A DNA stretch of 64,000 nucleotides from Chrysomallon squamiferum (lineage: Eukaryota > Animalia > Mollusca), in assembly GCA_012295275.1 (NCBI GenBank), contig CM022679.1:15810001-15874000 (forward strand). Direction: 5' to 3'. The notes under the pieces were generated by a model, which did not search any database, had not been told where the DNA came from, and saw only the letters and a program-made list of their open reading frames with translations. The translations under genes were made by a program, and so were the position numbers. Numbering within the stretch: the stretch's first letter is position 1; each line of letters starts with the position of its first letter. Positions 52,504 through 64,000 of the stretch are shown here, one piece after another.

Positions 52504-53442
52504 AGAAGCAGAGCACAGCAGGTAACATAACATTTAGATCTCGCAGTCTGTGTTACAGATTTACACTTGCTAAATTACAATTCGGTTATAAACCATTCTA
52601 CGCTTGATTCCGCATGAATTGGTTTGTTGTTCTGATATTCGTAATCATGTTGTTAATAGAATATTCTGTTAGTTGATCTGTAGTTCTAGCTTGAATTGAA
52701 TTACTGTAACTAAGATAATGATATTTTAAGATTATAATGGTTAATTTGTTATGAATCTTAATATTTACGCTGAATATATTTTAACCGTAGTGATGGTCGA
52801 TGTAATAGTAACAACAGTTACAATATATAATGATATCAACGTTATCAACAACGTATCCATAAAAAAAAAGTACTGATAAAAGTAATAATATCTTCTGTAT
52901 AAATTACAATGCCTATACTTATGTCTCTATATAAATATAAATATAAATAAAAATATACTATGATGTTTACGCGAAGAAAAATAAAAGACAGTCATATTTA
53001 TAATAACAAATTAGTGAAAAAGAAGCTATTATACCATGTTACAACAGACTCTAAAACATGTTCCCATCATTTTATAAGCACTGGTTATTGCACAGGCCTG
53101 AGACACAGGTAGCTGGATCAATTCCCTTTCGGGCATTCATTTTGTATTTTCACATTCCAGCCAGTTCCTTAACGAATCATTTTCTAAGACGAGGCTATAT
53201 ATTTTCTCATGAGCGGGAATTTGCATATAAAATATTCACTGCACAGTTTAAAGTAGCTTTAGCTGTTTTCTTATTTTTGAAATGTGATTACATTTCTGTA
53301 AAACAAAAATAAAAAACGATATTTAGGCATTCACGGGCAAGGTGGTTTTCTTTAAACTTGAAACTTTTGTACAACTAGTCTGTCAAAAGAAAAAAAAATC
53401 TGAATAGTTCTGTTTTTTCCCCCCAGATTCGTCTGTTCTTTC

Positions 53443-53486
<44 letters not shown>

Positions 53487-53717
53487 ACACTTCGTGGATA
53501 TTGATTTGAATTCAACAAAAAATACTGTAATCTGATCAAATATGTTTGGAGTTTTCTAATTTAACAAAAAACGTGTGTCGATAAATAAACTTTAAAGATT
53601 AATTTGAAGTTTGTATTTAATGGACAGAAACACATTCACATCTAAGCTGAAACTATTAAATAAATCTACCGGCATACATACAGAAAGACACGTTCAAACA
53701 TACATGCACACAGAAAT

Positions 53718-53890
<173 letters not shown>

Positions 53891-54670
53891 AATCTTGCAA
53901 TATAAAATTCATAATCTTTTGAAAACTATATTTTAATGAATTTATTTACTATTATGACTTTTATAACATTCTGACTATAAAATTATTTACAATAAAAGTT
54001 TCGTTTCCGTAATTTGCCTTCTAAAAAAGAAGAAGCAGAAGGAAAAAAATATAAAAAAGTAGAATAAAGTATGAATTCGAACCTATAACTTCTCCTAACA
54101 TTCATTATTTTGTGGAAATAACTGAATTAAAATTGTCCTAAATCACAACATCTCTGTTATTATGTGAAATGGTTTTAAGCGGCATCAGCTAATGCAGCTC
54201 TGAGAGTCGGCTGTGATGTGTATAATCTTTAGAGGAAGCAGCTTGGTATTCACTGAAGTAGTCCCGGATACCAGCCCCAGGGTAATTACATCTGACATCT
54301 GTAATGTCCTGCTGAGGCGTTCTTTCTCTGTGTACGAATTAGTCTGTGACTGTCTGTCAGTTTGTCTGTCCTACCATCCGTTCATTAAATTTCTGCAAAA
54401 TATTTTTATAAAATTAAAATTGTATACAATTGTATACAGCTTTTTATATAGGCCTATATAAAAATCTGATGTTCTACATGTCTATCGATAGACTAATTAT
54501 TTTAAATCTGTGTTATTTTATATTTGTATATCAATATTTGTCAGTTAGGTTTCAGTATTTATCTGTCTATCTGTTCATCTGTCTATCTCTTTATCTCTCT
54601 ATTTATAAATCTCCCTCTCTATATCACATTATCTATCCATCACCCATCTTTCGATTTATTTGTGTGTGTT

Positions 54671-54701
<31 letters not shown>

Positions 54702-55387
54702 ATAATTACATCAGCTGTGTATAGGTAGTTATTAAAAATCGTGTGATTGAGAAAAGTTTGAATAAAATTTCTCACACGTTGTCATTTTCAGTTGCACTCT
54801 GATGTCGTATACAATTAATTCTGTTTCAGTGGAGTGAAAGAGAATTCCGAGTAGCATGCGCTTCATTTCAGTAATTTAGCGAACTCTTCATTATGTTTTG
54901 AATTTGCTTTACAACAGCGTGTAACATTCGAAAAGAAACTCTTTTTATTTATTTCACTTGATTACTCAGTATCTTCCCAGGCAGTAATTGTCTCTATTGT
55001 CATTAGAATAATAATTACTCATTTGAAACAGGCATAGATCTACCAACAGTTCAGGCAAGTCTGTCAAGGGCATGAAATCCAGGGTGTGTCTTATTTATTT
55101 TAGAAGTTTAGTGTAAAAGTGGGTAAGAACGTGTTCTGTGCTTACACAGACTAGTGATTCTGGTTTTGAGGTGAGATAGCACAATCTACCATTCCTACGT
55201 AATAGCTACATGAAGATGGGTATTAAATAGAAAGTTAAAAAGTTTGATCTAAAGACGCAATATTTTCCAAACTCAAGCTATATAATATTATACTTATGGA
55301 GGGATGGAGGGAACGAGGGAGAGGGAACGAGGGAGAGGGAGTGAAAGAAGAGACAGGGAAAGAGAGAGAGAGAGAGATAGAGATGGC

Positions 55388-57660
55388 AGGAGAGAATCCG
55401 ATGCAGCAATGCAAGGATTGAACTTTTTCGATTAGCAGGAAAGCATCTTCTGTATGGGCAAAAAGAAAATATCACAGACTCAGATAAAGTGATCGTTATG
55501 CATTGGCTGTGTGACGTGGGTAGAACCTGTAATCTGCTGCTTCCGAGAACTGCGTTTTAATCAGAGAGCGCTCCACATCGATATCTGGAGAATAATAATT
55601 ACAGCTGATAACGCATGCTGTTTTATTCATCAGCAAAACAGCAACAATAAAATGATACAGAAAGATATTTTCAGTTTTCAGATACTTTAATAAACCCAAA
55701 CTATTTCTTCTATTTCTTTCTTATTTTTGACTTATTTGTTTAATTCAATTTGTTTTACCTAGATTCATGATATAATTTGCTGTATACTTTAACACAGATA
55801 CGACTTATTTAGTTTCTAACAACATATGCATCATGTCACATTTAAAAATAAACAAGATTTGTTTTTGTTTACCCTGCACTCTCGTTTTCTAATAAGTAAC
55901 TGTGCTATGTATTTTGAAACATATTGGAAACATATGCTAAAGTAACATTTGAAAACATCTTTATTGTAAACATATGTTTTTCATAATCATCGAGTAAATA
56001 TTTTTGAAATCATTACTGGAAACATACATTTATAATATCAAGAGTAACTGAGTTATATGTCAGTAGTAATGTGCACTAGTTACTGTGTAGAAACTTTCAT
56101 TATTCGATGCTATATATAACTGGCTTAACAAATGCAATAGTACTTCCTTTCCTCTGAAATCGCGTATAAAAACTCCCTTGTTACTCATTGATAACAGTTG
56201 TTGCAGCAAGTTTCCCCTCTCAGGTCATCACAGTAAAAAAAAGAAATATATATATATATATATTTGACATCTAATAGTTATTAGTGCTAAGACTCTGTCC
56301 TTAAACAACTGTTCTTATGTTACGTTAACGAAAAAATGTTTTAATTAACTATACACGCTGCACTTTTTTTTAAAGGGTATATCACATAATACACATTTTT
56401 TGTCACAATACAGATAATGAGAGAGGAAATCAGTTTACACAAAGGCAATGAACTGTTCTTCATCGATTGGCAGTCAGGAATCCTTTAATGAACGTTCTCA
56501 GGAATATCACGATCTTTAATAAAATTATCGAGCGGAGCTGGCTGGAACGGGAAAAGATCAGTTGGGCGCGGGTTTGAATCGAAATAAACAAGATCTGAGA
56601 TGTAAAGAAACATCCCAAATTTAATGGATTCACCTCGTATTCTATTTTCCTCTTTATAATAACCTGTTTCGTTTCTTCCCACGTTTTAAAAAAAAATTAT
56701 TATTATTTTATTTTTGCTCCTTCATACATTTACCCAGGTACCATTCAGTCTGCGTATCTGTTACCATCTCCACCAGAGAGGAACAAAGAAGCAAGATTAG
56801 AAGAAAACTAACTCATCGAATTAACGATAACATTTACACTTATTTCGAGACGTGATCAGACAGGCTGATTCATAATCTACAGCACAGAAGAGATCACGAA
56901 TCCGACACTCCTGTTCTTACAATCAATACCATACTGGTTATAATTATAACCTTATGAAAATCAACACTGCCCAGGCACGAAAGCAATTTAGAGACTGTAT
57001 GAAGGAACATTTTGACTGTTTACAAGATAAATAACATAAAGTATTAACAACTACAGATCTGAAGTATTATAAACTAATATTAACAATAGACCTGAAATAT
57101 CACTGACGCGCCTAATTACTTTTGACGAATGACTCGAAGCTCAGTTAAAATAATACTTATATCTTTAAAATAGCAAACGAACAAACTCTAACGACAAAAT
57201 TTGAGGGATATTCTTGTAAAAGGTTTTATTAAAGTGGTCCTTTAACAGAAAACAGAAATCATTTATATTTAAAAAAATACAAATTTAATACTGTAATATC
57301 GTTCAGTATATTCAGTCGAAGGATCAATCGTCCTTGCCATTTCTTTGGGCTAATTTCCGTTCCAAACAGGGTTCATTGCTTTATCAAAGACAGTCATATG
57401 TACTGATTAAAGGAATAGATTCCTTGCTGGTGATCTATTTAGCAGGTTTACTCTCTCATTACCGGTAATTTATCTGTGAAGAAATGATAGGGCTGAACCT
57501 TGTTTGGTCACTGGATTCGTTCTATGTGATTCCAATGGAGTGTTTCTCATTCCAACTGGTTCTCCACAAATGATTTATCAATGGCTTTGGTATTTATTTT
57601 AATTTATGTTCTTCATATCTATGGAATGTGCATTTATAAAATACTTTTATGCTAATCGAA
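55388..57660. repeat. Cluster of decayed SINE-like dispersed repeat fragments in both orientations (~55388-55460, 56140-56310, 56420-56580, 57316-57660; related piece at ~53100-53190)
   Basis: Fragments share words with one another: TTCGATTAGCAG (~55427), TCGATTGGCAG (~56463) and the reverse complement TGCTAATCGAA (~57650); GCTGGCTGGAA (~56537) and the reverse complement TTCCAGCCAG (~53155). They resemble a gastropod SINE as I recall it; unverified. Confidence 0.45.
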
Positions 57661-58646
57661 GACAAAATCTTGTTGTACTGAAGCGAGTAACTGTTTATAT
57701 TCATTAAAGTTCTCATTAAATACTCATTTGTTCATATTGGAACATAATAGACAAAAATATATACTCGTGTGCATGGTATATTTTAATCTTTTTGCAAACA
57801 CTCAAATATCTCTTACAACGAAACATACATTCATTGTGTCATCTGTCTTTCTAGAATATCCTTTAACTGCGGGATTCTTGAAATTCCCTCCATCTCCATT
57901 TTCAGAGACAAGCTCAGCTTACAAAATAACAAGTATGAAGAATTCAAGAGCGCAGAACATATTTTTGGATCACAAGAGGAAAAAACATCCTGTGACAGGC
58001 AACTAAGAACGCGATTTAGACGTGTTTTCTTCTTAAAAAAGGAAATATATAATGGCATTTCTTGTACGTACGTACGTTCAGTATTTTACTGATAAAGCAA
58101 ACAAGACGAAAGAGAAAAGAACAGAAAAACTGAAGTAAAATGATAATGATCCTGTTTACTGTAGCCATTTAGCAGCTGATAGTAACAAGTTTGCAGCACA
58201 TATAGTTTATTTTATGTTTATCAAATTGTGTCGTATAAATGATCATACTCTCTACTTATCTAACCCCGAATATAAAACATCGCTTAAAAATAAACGATCT
58301 GCTATCGGAACCATCACTAACGATTATCTTATCCATAATTATCACCACTAAACAGAAATATTGTAAGGTATCTTTGATAGTTGGTAGTGATCTCCAAAGT
58401 TCTTTAAAGTGTGTGGAACATAAAAACAATAAAACATACAACATCATCACTATTGTTATAATACTAACAGCAACAACACAAAGAAGAACAGCAGTAATAA
58501 TAATATTAGTAACAATAATAATAAAAGCAGCAGCAGAAACAGCAGTAGTAGTAGTTTTAGCACAGTAGACGATAGTTATTAATGAAGGGCACATATAAGT
58601 AACAAGTCCAAACTGATCTATTTCGACTTCTTTGTGTATTTTATTT

Positions 58647-58724
<78 letters not shown>
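58647..58724. repeat. (TAC)n(TAT)n microsatellite
   Basis: Read directly. Confidence 0.95.
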
Positions 58725-58725
<1 letters not shown>

Positions 58726-59008
58726 TTTTTTTACTGCTACTACTTTTTAAATTTTATTTTGTTTTGTCTTTATCAATTTTATTACAGATTTTGAAACGTG
58801 CAAAGTTAATCCGTTTTTATCTAAACGGAAAGTTTTTAGCAGAATTATTTCGACTCGTTACAGACAGTAATTATTATTGACGTTGATACTGAGAGGAACT
58901 GAACCTGATATATTTTCTAATTTAATGACTCTTGTTAAAAATAATGATAATTTATTTAAAAATAAGAAATGTTACTAAAGTTAATAGAGTTTGCGTTTGT
59001 CTCTCTCT

Positions 59009-59045
<37 letters not shown>

Positions 59046-59732
59046 GCATGTTCAGATAAACTTATTTACTTGTACATGGAAACGAATTAAACAAACCTCG
59101 AAATAGAGAAACACAAACTCATAAACAACTAGGCCGAGAATTTTTTCCTCTTTTTTTGTTGTAAAATGATCTTTTTCTAGGTTAATAACATTTTTTTTTT
59201 TCCACGTATAGAAAGAAAGAGATTTTCTACTGTGACTTGAACAGTGTACACTGACAGAAAATAAAACCTTTCCGCGGCTGTCTTGTGTTGAAGTGTGATA
59301 CATCTCAGTAGATTATTATCATGTAACTATAAAGTACTGACACGGGACATTTGTGGTCTGTGTGATTCCGTTAACCTTGTTACAGAATTCAGATGGACAT
59401 TAATGACCTAAAGCAGATAGAAGCGTTTTTATTTATTTATTTATTTATTTAATTCTTTCTTTGATCTCGGTCGCTTTCGCAGTTTCTTTATAATTTTTTT
59501 CATTTTGTTCCTTTTTTTTTTGTTGCATGTTTATCTATCTGCCTTTCGTTTTCCCTTCCTGATTTATTTATGTCCATACAAACAGACATACGTGTAAATG
59601 CAGAGCCAGATTTTGTAAACAACTGAATCAACGAACATCGTGTGAAAAATGTGTGCAATTTCTGTTATTCTGGTAAATAAGAAAAGCAATAAAGGCTTAC
59701 AACAGAAGCAAACAAAGTTTGTTTATTTATAT

Positions 59733-59734
<2 letters not shown>

Positions 59735-59783
<49 letters not shown>

Positions 59784-59819
59784 CAGATACACACACACAC
59801 ATACACACACATATAGACA

Positions 59820-59876
<57 letters not shown>
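59735..59876. repeat. (AC)n microsatellite
   Basis: Read directly. Confidence 0.95.
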
Positions 59877-59878
<2 letters not shown>

Positions 59879-61147
59879 ATGTAAATATATTACAAAAATT
59901 ATTCAAGAATAAACAAAATTGTTTGCTGAACAAAATACTCTTCTCTGTTCCCAATATATTAAAGCGAACTCAAGCGAAACGAAAGTAGGTATTTGGTAAT
60001 CTAATCCTACATCAAATGAATGGAAACTCCGTTCTTTATACAGTTAATATGTTTTTCTCAGCAGGTGAACAATAGATAAATGATGTCAAGCTTGGTGTTT
60101 TACCGAGTGTATCCTTTGACGTCTTTTGTCTGTGTTTTATTTTCCCCACTTGTGTGATTAGAATAAGGCACATAAAACATGGCAAAATGGAACTCATTCT
60201 GTTTTCTAACTTTTAAGCACAACAAAAAGGTGGTATACCCTACTTTTCAAAAAATGTGAACCTCTCCCAGAAGTTTATGTTTTTTTTTGTTTTTCAATTT
60301 CTTGTTTTCTTTCGAAAATAGAAACATCTTGAATTTGTTCTTCATATCTGCTAGATAAAGCATCTGGATAATTTCAAGAAAATCTAAAAAGAAGTAATAA
60401 AATAAATTAAAAATGGGACGAGTAATGAAAAGTAACATGAATGAATTATGTTAACAATTACAAGAAGAAATAATGAAGTGTGTATTTCGTCGTTTATCTT
60501 CATTTTGTTTTTCTGTGTGTTGACAACCAGCTAAAATTGAAACAGACATTCGGACATACAGACAAAACCACTGCATAAATCATTGCAAAAATTATCTAGC
60601 TTACAAAGCTATTTTGAGGATTTCTTTCGTCTCTCTTTCAACAAACCTATCTATCTTCTTCACTTTCTTTTCTGAAATCTGCTACAGAAGACAGCAAAAA
60701 GTTTTTATGTTAAAAATCTCAAAACTATAAAACATATACGTGATATAAATTATATCAGTTTCGCAAAGTGTCAGTAACATTACTTCATAATGTGTGTTCG
60801 GCAAAAACATTATCATTCCAGTTAATTAGAAAATACTTAAAATGTATAAGTTGTCAGTTTAAATCAAAACTATTTCTTAAAATGCAGTTTTGGGTTTTTT
60901 TGGCATTTCACGAACGCTAATTCAATCATGATGGTGTATGTGGTGGTGGGAACATATACATTGGTAATTGTGAGTCTTTGCTACAACAGATTAAAAAAAC
61001 ATATTTTTTTTTTTTTTTTTTTTTTTTTATTAGTCGTGGTGTATAAACCACTGTATGATTATATCATGAATTTTAAAATGGTTTTTCGTTCACCTAATTC
61101 ACCAACATATATGGCCTAGATCTATTTTTGTCTTTTTTAAATCCTAA

Positions 61148-61149
<2 letters not shown>

Positions 61150-61204
<55 letters not shown>
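61150..61204. repeat. (TTA)n microsatellite
   Basis: Read directly. Confidence 0.95.
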
Positions 61205-61207
<3 letters not shown>

Positions 61208-62361
61208 GGAAAACGTTGTACTTTTCTTTTTTAAAAACAATTTATACCGTATTTTACAGGAAGCGGAAACAACTATTCTGCAGTGAAAATAAGTAAATCG
61301 ACCGTTATGCAATTAAAGTATTAAAAACTGAGCAGTTACCAAGAATGGTCCGATACTGTAATAACTGTTAACAACTTTACATCTGTCAAATAACGGCATC
61401 GCTGCCTGGTCATAAATGACAATGAATCATGCACGACAACTGATGTCCGGCATTTATATCAAACATTAATGTCTGAACGTTTACATTTACTTTATCTACA
61501 TATCAAATTCAACGTTACCCTTCAAGTCTAGTATTTAATCATAGTAATACTTTTTACATAATTTTTTGTCATCAGATAACTGTCGTGGCATTTCGAGAAA
61601 ATTTTGTAAATTATATTCATTTTCTGCAATATGATATACGTATCAAATGAAAACAGCTAAAAACATTATCGTGAAAACCACCATATTATTATTATATTAA
61701 GTACAGGTTGGTAAGAAATTTATAAAGTTTAAAATAGATTTCAAAAAGTTAAAAAATATATAAAACAACAACAACAACAAAAACACAATTAAAAACAAAC
61801 TATTTCGAAACTAAGACAAAAATAATCTGTTTATTTTTTTTTTATTATTACTATTATTATTTTTTATTTATTTATTTTTTATTTTTGCTAACGGAAAAAC
61901 CTGTGGCGGAGGAAGACACAGATGAAGTCATAAATCGTCAAACGTGACATCCTATTACTCGACAGTGATCGTAATCTATTAACAGTTTCAAAGACTGATC
62001 GCAATTAACCTTTGAGAAATGATGTTTATAGTTTATAGCAGGTGTTGTCATTTTTTTTTTTATCTGTCACTGATGCAGTGGATGGAAAGAAAAATTGATT
62101 CTGTCAAATAAACGAAGTGCCATATACATTACGAAGTGTTAGAATGTATCTGATAAAACGAAATACAATTAGGGATTAAAAAACAGAGCTTACGCCTAAC
62201 ATATCGAAGGACCAATCCTTCTTGGCGTACTTTATGGGCTCTATCTTGTCCCAAATTCAACTGTGTTTTTTAAAAACCCAAGCCTACCTTCCATTATTTC
62301 GTGAAGTACATATGAAAGAACACTGCTGATAGCTGAAAAGAATAACACGTGTATAGGTCGC

Positions 62362-62398
<37 letters not shown>

Positions 62399-64000
62399 GT
62401 ATTATCATTATAATTATGTGCTAAGCCTGAATGACACTAAACAACTTTTGATATTAAATCTGTTCAGATGTTACTAAACATTCGTTTCATTATTTGACAA
62501 GGATCAGGATAAACACTGCATCTTGGCGGGATTACTATGCGAGTAATTTAATATAATACATATCTATATTTAGTATGCATTAACTAATGGATAATCGTAT
62601 CATCTTACATTGGAAAGTTAAATGGGAAAAGCAGATGGTCGTAAGCAGAATGTGAAACTGTATGCCAGGACCTCTGAAAGAGGAAATTAATCATCTCGCT
62701 TTAGAAACGCAAATCATTTTTTTTTTTTTTTTTTTTTTCTCCGAATTGAAAAATAAATTACTAACATTATATCTTCCCGAAATATATATGTAGCCTTTGT
62801 CCTTTAAGATAATACTTTATCTTCTACGCTTTCATCTGTTTTTATATTTGTATATATCTTTCTGTTTTTGTTCCTGTATCTGTCTGTCTGTTTGTCTGTA
62901 TGTAAACGTGTAAATGAATGAGTGAATGTTCAACCATAATGAAAGTATGTTATTTGTTTTCAAAAAAAGTCAACAGTAAAATTAAATATAAACCATAAAC
63001 CATTACTCACCGGCATCTATGGGATCTGTAGGGTGTTGAAAATGCAATTTTGTGGCTAAACGATTGTTACATTATAATGAACTTAACCTCATACCACGTT
63101 AAAATATAATGTAAATACGTAGATGTTGGTTAATAAAGGAAAAAGAACAAAAATGAAAATCAAGTGAAATTTTAACGAAACACAGGTGAAACAAAGGTTA
63201 AAGTTACAGGTGATTCTGCTGATTTACGTACGAAACTTCATCACTTCCGTTTGTTAAGTGAAGAGCGGATGCAGCCGCTAGCGCCACCAAACAGTAGTGG
63301 CTGGAACGGGAAATGACGCTGGAAAATTGAAATTGCACAAGTGGAAATTAGTACCAGATTCCTGATTTAACCGGATAACTGAATGCCGGATAAAGGATGA
63401 TCAGTCTGAAGAACTGTTTGAAATAACATGTAACAATCTAAACACACTGGTCAGAACTACACAGATAAATGTGTTATAGAAATTGTGGCTAAAATTTAGA
63501 TGTAAAAAGAAGTAAATAAAACAATTTAAAAATGGACTTAATAAAAAAAAAGGTCATTACATTTATAACACTTTCTCTCACACAAGAACAAAAAATAATT
63601 AAAAAAAAAATGAATTCCATCAGTCTGAGATACAGTGTTAAATTACAACATCCATCTTTGACGATATCGTTAAGCTTCATCTTCAGTAGGACTACCTTTC
63701 TCCCTAGACGAATTTAACACAACGAAGATTTTTGATATCAGTCTGATTGCAGTTATCATAACAATAAGAAAAATAACAACTTGTTAAAACAAATATTAAA
63801 AATCAGAGAGTTATATACCCAGCTGGGAAAATTCAAGACAGAGACTTGTGAGTTAGATCTAATTTTTCCATATTTCAGATGCCATCATGACTAATACCGA
63901 CAGAGATTGATATCTTTATGTGCAAGCAAGATTTAAAAAGACAAATTTTCTTTCAGCTCCTAATTACTAGGTGCGACCGCTCGGGGTTACGTGTAATTCG

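Noticed and set aside
57831-58058. Region with open frames on both strands (…LKMEMEGISRIPQLKDILERQMTQ*)
   Set aside because: No recognisable family and no convincing linked exons. A faint resemblance to a nuclear-receptor C-terminus did not hold up.
60247-60438. Minus-strand acceptor-like site followed by K/E-rich open frames
   Set aside because: Weak donor, A-rich low complexity, and no phase-consistent neighbouring exons.

Overview
AT-rich, intron-rich animal genomic DNA, probably a mollusc or gastropod (inferred from gene structure and repeat relics, not proven). I assembled five multi-exon genes by hand from GT-AG splice sites and phase continuity: (1) mitochondrial uncoupling protein 4 (SLC25A27/UCP4, minus strand, 10 coding exons, 318 aa); (2) head-to-head with it, a divergent GRB2/Drk-like SH3-SH2-SH3 adaptor (222 aa); (3) a second, canonical GRB2/Drk in tandem (225 aa); (4) NOL12/Rrp17 (minus strand, with an apparent 1-nt frameshift in an A-run); (5) an unrecognised charged protein gene of about 19 exons (minus strand, about 720-760 aa). 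UCP4 intron 4 holds a 2.8-kb Sola2-like DNA transposon with ~600-bp terminal inverted repeats (TIRs). The gap between the GRB2 copies holds two hAT-type MITEs and a Tc1/mariner-type MITE. From ~47 kb to the end I found no reconstructable gene, only microsatellites, SINE-like relics, a visibly higher CpG content and a few orphan splice signals, including a 15-nt microexon candidate. The most interesting signals are the GRB2 paralog pair (copy 1 has a C-terminal SH3 that looks like a second N-type SH3, and both copies share a weak acceptor on the exon skipped in vertebrate Grb3-3) and the orphan multi-exon gene. Most entries in the ORF track are microsatellite or AT-rich artefacts. No database search was possible.
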